Of a DNA stretch of 64,000 nucleotides, positions 28,301-40,300 are shown piece by piece. A model generated the notes under the pieces. The model saw only the letters and a list, made by a program, of their open reading frames with translations, was not told the DNA's origin and ran no database searches. Both the position numbers and the translations under genes were made by a program. Numbering within the stretch: position 1 is the first letter of the stretch; each line of letters begins with the position of its first letter. The stretch comes from Tubiluchus corallicola (taxonomy: Eukaryota > Animalia > Priapulida), in the NCBI GenBank assembly GCA_030141605.1, contig JAQGDQ010000688.1, positions 48,283 to 112,282 of the forward strand. The letters run 5' to 3'.

Positions 28301-31300
28301 CGAAGGCCGAGTTTGCGAAAAATTGAGGTTAAAAATCAATCAATTTCGCTTTTATCATAGGGTCCCTTATATGCGATGTAATTTTCCTGGGTTTTTATTA
28401 CGTGGGACCTGAAGATATTGTCAGTTATAACCGAAAGTCCTTTATATCCGAGTACCTTATATACGAAGATTTTTATAAGGAAAAACGTTACGAAAAATCG
28501 GGACCGCTGTTAATGGCCTCTTATAAGCGAATGTCCCTTATAAGCGAGTACCTTATACCCGAGGTTGACTGTGCATTATTATTATTTACCTTCGTACCAT
28601 AACAGGTACAGCCATATATGCATATTCACAAAATATAACAAGGAAAAGATAGCATAAACAAGCACAAAAAAGAAAGAAATTAGTATGCATAAAATGAACC
28701 TTTTGGAAAAATGACAATAATTGTACACAATCGTGCATAAAAATATCATTAATTATGACTTATCCTTCGCGGATAAACTTAGCACCCACTAAAAGCATTA
28801 GTAACCAATTTTTTAACAATCATGTTGCCAAATCTCTATGATAAGCCACATTTTCTTATTAAGTGACAATGACTATTAGTTAAATACAACATTAATTGAA
28901 TATTATCGATGCCAGAGTTTTGAATTTTCTTTTAAAAAATATTTAATTATATAATTTTTCAGCCATCTTTGCTTGATTTGGATTTAAGCTTATCTGCACC
29001 TGCCTCTGATCCGTGGGCACCACACCAAGCCACCGCGATTGCTCCTCCGCAAGCTGCTGCGGCAACGGATCCCTGGAGTTCACCGATCCTTCCACCAGCC
29101 GGCGGTCCCAGTCCGGTCAACGATCCGTGGTTACAGAAAGCTGCTCCTCCGGCTCCTAGAGCAGGTAAACTCGTTTTCCGACACGTTACCGGATGCATTT
29201 TAATTCGAAAAGTTTTTCATTTTCTTATAGATCGGTCAATGATCCGGCTCATTTTCTAAATTTCTTCATTTCAGCAAGGGGCAATCCTTGGTCAAATGCG
29301 CCGAGTGCACATCATTCTCGTGCCTCTACTAATGCTCAGTACGTGCCCGCCCAAAATGACCCATGGAGCCCAGTCCCAGGTAGCAATGCTGATAAGTCTC
29401 TTTCAGCATGATGCATGCCAGTAATTTATTAATGAGTGAGTGTGACGAGTGTTTCTAGATGCTAGATGGTAGTTTAGACACGTTTTACTCACGTAGACTT
29501 TAAAGGAAAACTGGATTATTGTTTAGACTCAATCTCATTTTAATTTACTATCCAAAATATACATGTTCCTGCCTATAAAAGTTAGCAATTGTTCCTTATA
29601 TTGGAATAATTAGCTCAGAAAGTTAATTAATCGCAACCAAAAGCAGTTATTGCTTACGTCAGAAACTAACCACACTTTGTGCAATGGTAGGCATCTTCCC
29701 TTGCGTGTCCAGCACGTTTGCATAATCGTTACTGTTTAAATGCATAATGTCACAAAAAATAGGCTCTACATTATAAGACGTCAGAAACTAACACTTCAGT
29801 TCATGTTCATGATTATCACGGTACCACCTTCTATTTGTCGGCTACGCGAATGTGACAAAAAGGCGCCGTTGCCAATCTTAGTAGATTCACTGAGCCGCGC
29901 GTAGCTTTTGAAAGTTTAACAAATTTTGAGTATCCGAGGTAATTATTATTTAATCTGAGCTTTGATTTGAAAAAAAACTATTGTAGTTTTCAGTATTTTA
30001 GAACATTCTTTATTCTGAACTAATGTTTACACAATCGTCCGGTTTTCCTTTAATTTGACAGTAACCTCTGGTTACGCTGTTTCCATTAATGAAGTGACTA
30101 TTTTTACCAGTTGCTTATCTATTTATAATTACAGGTTTGAAACTTGCTTGAACACTATTGTCATTTTCTCATTTCGATTTCGTTTGCAAGGGTCTCAAAT
30201 ACTATGGATGTCACGAATCAGAAGTTACCGAATCCGAATATACACCGAATCTTATTTTATAATGATTTTCCGAATCGAGTTCGAATCTCCATTTTTCTAA
30301 TAGTTCTCTCAACCAAATTGTATTCGAATCTCCATTTTTCTGATAGTTCTCTCAGCTGAATTGTTTTCGAATCTGCACAGTTTTCGACCAAATTGTGGCA
30401 GATTGGTGAGACGGCAATTACAGATGACCTGTCTGGGCAGCACGTTTGACAGTAATTCTGAAGTAATAAACGCTATTAATGATCTAATTAATTTGGAACA
30501 GATTTTTTTCTGCCGATGAGTAACAATGTAAAATGATCTGTTACGCCTTACTCAAATTATTCCTTGGGGTGCCTTTATCTACACTCCATGAATCTGCATA
30601 ATGTAGACAACAAAAAACCACATTCATCTAAGCCACATCTTGTGTTGCTAGCGAAATGATGTTCTTTCAAAATAATATAAGAAATCTTATCATTTTAATT
30701 AAAACTAGCAGTTAAAATCGCAATGTGGTGCACACTTTCGCTTGAGATTTCATGAATTGGACACACACTAAAACTGAATATGGCGACAATTTGAAAATCA
30801 AAAAAGGCGGCAATTTCGGGATTTAGTGGTAAAATTTAAAGATAAATGAAAGCTTTGGTAGTAAAAGTGTGATAAAAAACGTCTTGTGTAATTAGCAATA
30901 TCACTTTAAAATCGCCATCATTTCACGCTTGGACGCTCCCATTTTGAACGCCTATTTTTCCACCAATGACGTCGTTTATCAACTGAAGAAAAGCAGCTCA
31001 CTATCAAATTCCGTCAAAATTATAACAAGTTTTTTGGAAAAATTAGAGTACCTAATTTTATAATATTTTTGCATGAACATTAGATAAGCGGCAGAAGTTT
31101 GAATTAGCTTAAGCAGTGCGCTTTTATGAAAAGCTACGGTGCGGTTATCATAAGTCGCAAAGTCCACGTTACATCATAATTTTCTAGTGAATGGCGGCTA
31201 CCATCACGCCTGAAAATTTATGTACAGAGGTAGTATAAATTAATTTTATGTTTTCCAGGCATTTTTTTGCACAATTTCTTTTTTGTGTTTTTCCAAGTAT

Positions 31301-34300
31301 TAAAGGATAACAGTCAAATAAACACAACACGCTAAGTGAGTTGTCTTTTCCTTTAAATTTTCTTGGTGCTTTCGGTTGTCTTCTGCAAAGGCGACATTGT
31401 TGGACAGTTAGTTTGTCCTCTTGTATTTTCTTAGTGGCTCTATCAAGTGTTGGTATGGTTTGCTTCTCTGTGCCCAGTTAATCATTTTGCCAAATTTTGA
31501 ACAGAACACGATACATAGCTGCGAATTAAACAGTTATGTGCTTAGTCTGTGGGACTCTGTGATCGATTGTGTGTTATGATGCTTTCAGAAAATTTTCTGT
31601 CGTGCGTTTTCTGTCTGACAGCACATTCACAAGTGTGAACTATTTTACGAGTTACTGTGAGCAAGAAACTGCAAACTCTCCGACACTTGCTGTGAGTTGA
31701 TTAACTGTCTGTTAATGTTAACATCTTAGAAAGTTACTCTCGACATTTCACGTGGCTAAAAAGAGTATGCTTATTATCGGAGAGTAACTCACAGACACTT
31801 CTGCTTTCTAGTCTGAATGCACTTGTTAGTTACTTGGCGAGTCAACAGGGCGAGTTAACGAGAAAACTCACTAGTCGGCGGGTGAACGGAGAAGCGTATC
31901 AAGCTGAGTGAATTGAAAACTTCAGACAATAACATTATTTGGATTATAAGGCAACTGCAATTTCTATGCCATTCTAACCACCTGGTTAAAAAGGTCACTA
32001 TCATTAATGAAACAGTTTTCCTTAACAGGGTTAGTCGATTGTGTCTTGCAGTGTGTAACCAGTTTTAACATTTTGTGTGAAATGTTTGAATTAACCAGGA
32101 ACATTATTCTTGTATTTGCATTTTGATTCGTGATCAATGCCTGCTCTTGTTCTGTGTGATGATGTAGTGATGAAATGTCGCCTGTGAAGTAGAGACTTGA
32201 GTTGCTGAATTGTGAGGACATGCCTCATACTGTCTTGTATGTTTTTTCAGGATTATGACTTTTGCAGTTAATAAAACTTAGCATGTGTTAGTCGTGTAGC
32301 TTCGTTGTTTAACATAAAACAAGTTTTCTGCAATAAAAAGAACATACCGTAATTTAAAATTTGAAACTATGTTTATTATATTTCATGGTTTCCTTTCTAA
32401 GTTCGAAGTTGGACTTCGAAGTAGCATATTCTCACCAAAACATTTTGTTCACTTTTGCTTTTGAAACTTCAGAAAATTGCACGTTAAACGACTGTGCTAG
32501 CAATGGTTTCCTTGGATACTGTGTGCTAGCAACGGTTTCCTTTATACTGTGTGCTAGCAATGTCTTCCTTGGACACCGTGTGCTAGTAACGGTTTCCCTG
32601 GATACTGTGTGCTAGCAACGGTTTCCCTGGTTACTGTGTGCTAGCAACGGTTTCCCTGGTTACTGTGTGCTAGCAACGGTTTCCCTGGATACTGTGTGCT
32701 AGCAACAGCTTCCTTGGACACCATGTGCTGGCAGCGGCTTCCCTGGATACTGTGTGCTAGCAACAGCTTCCTCGGACACCGTGTCTTAGCAATGGCTTTG
32801 TCGCATACGGCGTCGTTTCTGTGACACCGAATTTGTAAACAGTGTTACACGGTGAAATGTGACACGTTACAACCAAACTCAGATGCTCTCGGAACTTATG
32901 CGTGTATTTCGCTGGTGCCTTTAAATCAACTTCCAGACTTCCTTCAGAAATGGCACCTTCGCATCTGATTGCCTCTTATATTTTATACAAACCACCAAGA
33001 AAAAGTAAAAAAGTATCAGAAACTCCTAGTTTTGTGTAAAACTGAAACTTCATGGAGCACGCTGTATTTGACCTTGAGATTTATTTGTGCGATGCTTGAT
33101 AGATTTACATTAATGCACTGGCGTTTTGACTTTTTTTTGTTTGCAGATTCTCAACAACTTTTTATCTAAGAATATAGAATATAAGGGTGTAGATACTAAT
33201 GCAGTTGTGGAATTTTTTAGTTTGCAGTGTGCGGCACGAGCAAAAGTCGCTGCCTGCCAAAAACCAGCTACAGAATCTTGTAAAATGCCTTTATACAAAA
33301 CGGGTCAGACGGCATCGTTCAATGCCAGGTAGTGCGGCAGGTGCGGCAAGTGCGGTGCAAACGGCTGCTTGCTCAACTTGGTCTCGATAATTACGAAATT
33401 TTGTTTCAGTGTGCATGTTATTACTTGTTTATTAGATAGAGATGCACTGGATGCGGAACTAAGATGTTAGGCGGCGCTAAGAACGAGTTCTGGAGTAAGT
33501 GATTCATGGCAGGCAATCAGAGTTTTCAGATAACGAGTATAACGAGTACATTCGATGTTATCGTCAATTTTGTTGGCAAATTCAAAGTTTTTTGTTGCAA
33601 GCCAAAGCGTGCACTAATGAGCTAATCAGTCAGTGTTTATCAGTCACAGATCGCTATTAGTACTGAATCATTGATCATTTTTTTGTTGATCTGTAGTTTA
33701 ATAACTATCACTACTGGGTTTTGTCCAACAGTTTTTACAAGTGATTGCCATTTCTTAAGTGGCGGTTGTGTGACTTTCAAAAAGCTTCGTCTGTGTAGAA
33801 AGTGCTTATCGAGTTGCTGTATTTCTATCTTGTGGGCTAACCTGCGGTTAACAAATTCAGAATGCAAACTAAGGGTGCGCTTAGAATGCAACTTCTTTCC
33901 GAGAGTAAACTCGCAAGTGTGAGTGGCTCAGCAACTTCTTTCGCAACTTATTGCACAACTTCTCTTGAGAGTGTCAACTTGCTCGCGAACTCTCACTGAG
34001 TTTGCAATAACGAGAGATGTTGCGAGAAAAGTTTCCAAGTCATTCATAAGTGCGACTTTACTCTCAAAGAGAAGTTGCCAAGCCATTCACACGAGCTAGT
34101 TTACCCTCAGAGACAAGTTGCACAATAAGTTACGATAGAACTCTCGAGTTTGAATGAGCCATAAGATCTGAACTCGCTGCTAGTGAATCATTTTGATTTC
34201 ATGTCTGTTTGACCAAATGGGAACCAATGCATCTTTATTAGTCACAGTATTTATATTCATAACATACATAAGGAATGGTGTGCATAGTTCTGTTGTATTA

Positions 34301-37300
34301 CGTTATGTAATTGGTATATAATTGCGTTGTAAACTGATTCAGCGTTTTGTCACTAACACGGCAATAGCCTTTGTTACATGTTCAAAATTTCTAGTACATG
34401 TAACTTGATAGTTGTTTGCAATTTATGCAGAATTGTACTAACTACCTAATAATTGTATTTTACAATCTCTGAAATTTTTGACCAATCAGTATGGTACTCT
34501 TGGTATAACAGTCTGATTAAACAAACGTGTTTTGTTTGACATTAAATCGTAGGAGTTCTCATAGATCTTTTAGTTATCGTATGTTTGTTATAAATGTAAG
34601 CAACTTAACTAGGGTTACCACACGTCCGGGTTTCCACGGAAACGTCTTCTTTTTGGGCCTGCGTCCGGGCGGGTTTTCAAAAAATCGGCAGTTTGTCCCG
34701 GTTTTGCCTCAATGCGTGAGTATGTACGGATGTTGCCAACTGCAGAGGCGTACGACAGTACGAGACAAAGAAAAGCTTATTAATTTTCAATACAAGATGT
34801 TGCTAACATCTCAAAATGCAACCCTTGTAAAAGCTTTGTGTACATATTTACTGAACAAAAGTAAGCGATGCGCACATCACTGTGGGTCACACGACTCGCA
34901 CCGCTGTCGATGCTCGGCGTATTCGCTAACGACTTAAAATGATGTCACCTTCCAGGAGCCATTTTGTTCGTTTTTATGTGAATTTCTTTAAATTTGTATA
35001 GTTTCGCTGTTTTGCACTTTTGAGCGTAACTGGTAAAAGTTAATTAGAAAGTAGCAATGCCGAAACGACAGTGTGCAGTTACAGATGAAATGAAGGCCAA
35101 GTACCCGTGTCCTCTTTTTCAACTCGGACAATATGGTAACCCTAAACTTAAAATCATACTTGTAAATGGAGGCAGGATTTTGATCCTTAAAGAAGAAGAA
35201 GAAAGAGGAATATTAAAGTATACGCCAAAGAGTTTTCCACATATGTTATATTACTTAATATTACGCTTACCTATTTGAAAGACTTGTGTAATTGGAAAAG
35301 AAAGATTGGAATTGGGTATTATTCTTAATAATTTAAAATGTTCATGCAACCAGGTACAATGTCACTGACACAATCCCAGTGTGCACCACTGGCTCACCAA
35401 AAAACGTATTTTTAACTCTTATTGACAAAATAAAGTAATTTATGCTTGTGCTTAGTTAGTGAATGTGCACTACGAATGTCCTGTTATTTTTTCAAACTTT
35501 AACACATTGTTATATAAACTTGTTTCAAATGATTTACTTTCAAAATGGCTGCGCCTGACGGTCGTAGCGTGAGTTTAAATTTACAAATTCAATCCGGTTA
35601 CTGCTAACGTAAGTTCTGTATGCAATAAGACAGCATGCAAGTAATACAAAATTTCAAGTCGATTTTTTTTTACTTGATGTAAGTAAAGGGTTTCCTTGTG
35701 CTAGAAAGTCTAGAAATGTTTACCTTTTTCACATGTGAAATTATTGATTTTCAACGGTCACTCGGTGGTCAATGCTTGAATTTTCATTTACAACGATTTT
35801 GCACTAGTTTAGGACATAGTATTGTAGATTTGTGGACACGTGAAATAGCCTTTACGGTTGTTCAGATTTATCAAAATCGTAGCAGCTGACACAAATTTTC
35901 ATACAAACTTCACATAAAAGAAAACAAAAATTTTTAAATTTTTTTATCATTAATTAAAAACCGGAGGAGCAGAAATTTATAATAATATAATAAAATTTTT
36001 ATATTTTAAAAATAAAAATACGGGTTTTTTGTGCCTTAAATCCCATAGTAAAAAGGTTTTATTAAAAGAAACCTTTTAGCTGGTAATAGCCATCAGTTGG
36101 TGCACTTTTTATTTTTGTTCATAATGAAATCTTGCAAAAGCATGTTAAAATGCAAAGTTTTTAATTCAATGACACAAGCTAAACAGTGTAATGGATTCAT
36201 TTTTTCTTTTTTCAGAGACAAAAGTTGATCCATGGGGCACTCCGATGCCGGCTCCTCCAGTTGCGCAGGTCTCTCCACCACCGCCAACCGCGCAGGATCC
36301 GTTTGCGCCAGCTCCTACCGTGAACGGTGACAATGATTTCGATATGATTAGTCAAAGACCAAACACTGTTCCTGCTCCGCACATGCCTAGTAAATATATT
36401 TTTATTTCATTTATGGTTATAAACCGTCGCACTTGTGTGCCCGCTTGTTAAACACTGTTTTTCAAACTTTCTCGCACACAGATTTTTTTATTAAGCATAC
36501 GTACTGTTCTGTTTCGCACAGACTTCTCCTGCTGCCGTGTGCGGGCTCGATGCAAAAATCTGCATCAGGCAAATGCAGGTGAGACTAATAAAAAGTAATA
36601 TTTTGTCACATACAGTAGGATTTGCGTAATAAATCCACGAAAAGTAAATTCATTTGCTTATTGTTGCCGCTATTGCTGAAACGGAATTGGGTAATTTTTT
36701 AACTTAAATATATCCGCCGTTTGTTAAATCAAAACTTTGCTTTTTAAATCCACCTAGCGGATGGTTGTGAAGACAACATAATTGTGATGTGAGATCGCAA
36801 GATTGGTCCCGTGTTTTAACTTGAGTTTGATCGCTGTCTTTGTCTTAAAAGAAAACCGGATGATTGTGTAAACATGAGTTCAGAATAAAAAGTGCTCTAA
36901 AATATCGAAAACTACAATAGCTTTTTTAAACCAAAGTTTAGATTAAATAATAATTACCTTGGATACTCAAATTTCATTAAACTTTCAAAGCTACGCGCGG
37001 CTCAGTGAATCTACTAAGATTGGCAGCGGCGCCTATTTGTCAGATTTGCGTGGGCGATAAATAGAAGGTGGTACCGTGATAACCATTATCATGAACTGCA
37101 GTGTTAGTTTCATGACGTCATATGACGTAGAGCCCATTTTTCGTGACATGCGTTTAAACAGTAACACGTATGCAAATGTGCTTGACGCACAAAGGAAAAC
37201 GCCTGCCATTACACAAACTGCGGTTAGTTTTTGACGTAAGCAGCAGCTGTGTTCGGTTGCCGTTAATTAACTTTCTAAGCTAATTATTCCAATATAAGGA

Positions 37301-40300
37301 ACAATTGCTAACTTTTATAGGCAAGAAAATGTATATTTTGGACAGTAAATTAAAATGAGATTGAGTCTAAACAATCGCCCGGTCTTCCTTTAAGCGCGTT
37401 TTACATCTTTGCATTTTTTCCACTTAATGGCGCTTAACGACAAGACAGCGGTGACGACAACGACGCTCCACAAATTACTGCATCAGCTGCTCAAATGCAA
37501 GATGCGTTGGAAACACTGCAACCGTGGATTGTGGAATGGTGACTATTCAAACCACCAATGCCACCGCCGCCACTGTCACTGTCACCTGTGTCTGCTGCTA
37601 CCAGTGTCATTGTTGCTACCATCTCTCATCGATGTATTAGCAAACTTGTGAGAATGATGAAGAATGTTGAGGAGAGTGTTTTGCTTCGGTTTATAAATCC
37701 AGCCACTTAATAAATCTGTTTAACTTTGCAGCGAGCTCAGTTTATTAAGTGAGATATACTTGAATATAGAATTGAACCCAGTTCCGTCACCAGCTATTCA
37801 CGGAGTCTGTGTAGCTTAACGCCTTGACCATTTAGCTGTTCGCATGCTGTGCTTTTAAGTGTCTTTCGTTGCAGTGAATGTTAAATTCTGTTTTGTCTAG
37901 ATTCATCTTCTGGCTTGGGCAGTATGGAATCGATGATGAAAAGTCTACCAACTTACAACCAGATTTCTGCAACAGATGGCAGCACACGTACTCGAACACC
38001 TGAGCATTTTCTCGGCGAACACACATCACTGGTGAACCTAGACGCTCTTATCACTAAGTCCGAAAGCTCAGGTATCGTCTTGTGTTTTTTCGTGAAATTC
38101 GTGAGTGTGATCGGGCCTTTAGAATTGTGTTCTTCATTGCTATTTCGGTATAGAAGTAGCTCATTTTTGTTAGTAGAACTGGTTGTGCTTTAACTGGATG
38201 TGCAGTAGGATGATATGAAATCGAACCTACTGCCCAGATGACGTCACTCTGGTTTAAGTTCATTTAAGAAACGATAACCACTTTCCTTCTTTTATTAATC
38301 TCTGTTTAGCACTGCTTACATCGTTATCTACAATCTGCGTTTAACGGTGTCTCATTCTCTTGTAGCATCAACGAACCCGTTTGCGGCGAGCGTTTCACAG
38401 CCCCAGAGCAATCCCTTCCATGCTCAGCAACAGCCTAAAGTTCCAATGAATCAGGTAGGTTTGCAGGTAGCGAAACTCTTACCGTAGTGTGAAAAGGTCA
38501 AGTCAGGTGACAGGGGGAAATAGGGACTCCCATTTGTGATGCTGCAACAGAGCTTAGATGAATATGCGAAGTCGTAAACAAACAGAAATGACTTTTGAAC
38601 TTCAGGCTTCTAAAATAACTTTCATTTCCTTTTTTTTATTTTCTAAATGCTAGAAAATAGATTAATTCGTTAACCAGTCCAAAACATTAGCATCGGTGTT
38701 GTAGTTCACTTTGTACTAATTCTAATGGCATCACAGTTAGTTTCTCTCTACACTGCTTCTCTTTTCTCTCTTCCCGTTTCCTCTTTTTTGAATGCTTGGG
38801 CTGCATTTTTATACTAGTTATTGTGCATGGATAGGTCTGAGAAGTCATTTAAAAAAAACTAGGTTAAGTGTGCTCTAGGTTGTGGCATTTTCTGCAGCTC
38901 AACGTGGTATAAGGTACAAGTTTAGGAAATACAAGGAAGCAAAAGTGCATATCTTCACAGAGAAAAAAGTTAAAGTGTTTAAATTGTTAACAAACGTAGA
39001 TAGATATTTTATTTCTGAAAATCAAATTTCTTACACAAAAGTTGCAAAATCGACGCATACCCGATGGTTTTATCAGCGGGCAGAGCTCGGACAATGATTT
39101 CCACATCATGCTAACGATTTGACCCAACATAGCTGCACAAGGTATATACACAGATATACAAATTTAGTTTTAAACTCTATGAAGCGAAAAAAACTGTTAA
39201 GTAAGCATTTGTACGCATTTGATAAACAAATATTTTACTTATATGATAATCACAGTGATTCGATTATATGTCCGCTAACAAAACTATACTATTTAATTCA
39301 AAAATCTATGCATACAGTCGTAAATGAAATTTCGAATTGACGTTAGTTATCCATCAAATAAATTTGCGATATTACTATAATTTAACGCGTACAGTGATCT
39401 ATGAAGTGCGTTTTCATGGCACTCGCACAAAAAATGCTCTTCTGTCTAAATTTCTCCACAAAGACACAGCCTGCACTCACGAGGTACATTTGCCCGCCTG
39501 TTTCTATACCTAGATTGTGGGATGAGACCCTTATTCTTGTGAGCACTTAACCCAAGCAATCATACAATATTGAACAAAGTTGCTTAGGGCAAATCAGCGA
39601 ACATGATATACAGTTTCTAAAGTAGTGATACCAGAATATTGAACTTCCGAACCGAATCATGGACACCTAATAGATCCAATCGATGCGACACAACCATGTA
39701 CAGTTTAATTCAACTGAGCACAAATCATTTTAACTGCCAAGCCAGAATTATACGATTTGTAACCTTAATATTATGTTCAATAATGAATTTAAAATTGTAA
39801 CCTCAATATTATGTTCAATAATGAATTTAAAATTGTAACCTCAATATTATGTTCAATAATGAATTTAAAATTGTAACCTCAATATTATGTTCAATAATGA
39901 ATTTAAAATTGTAACCTCAGTATTATGTTCAATAATGAATTTAAAATTGTTACCTCAATATTATGTTCAATAATGAATTTAAAATTGTAACCTCAATATT
40001 ATGTTCAATAATGAATTTAAAATTGTAGCCTCAATATTTTGTTCAATAATAAATTTATAATTGTAGCCTCAATATTATGTTCAATAATGAATTTAAATTT
40101 TAACCTTAATATTATGTTCAATAATGAATTTAAAATTGTAACCTTAATATTATGTTCAATAATGAATTTGTAAGACCGAGCAGATTCTGCAAGGTGAGTA
40201 CCCTGACACACCACTATCATAGCGCGGTGTTGTGACGTACAACAATTTCCAGACGTAGGTTCCTAAACGAATCTTATGGCAGAAGTTTTGAAAGTCGGCC

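Noticed and set aside
29231-29274. Alternative upstream acceptor for epsin exon 6
   Set aside because: A 44-nt extension is out of frame and meets a stop.
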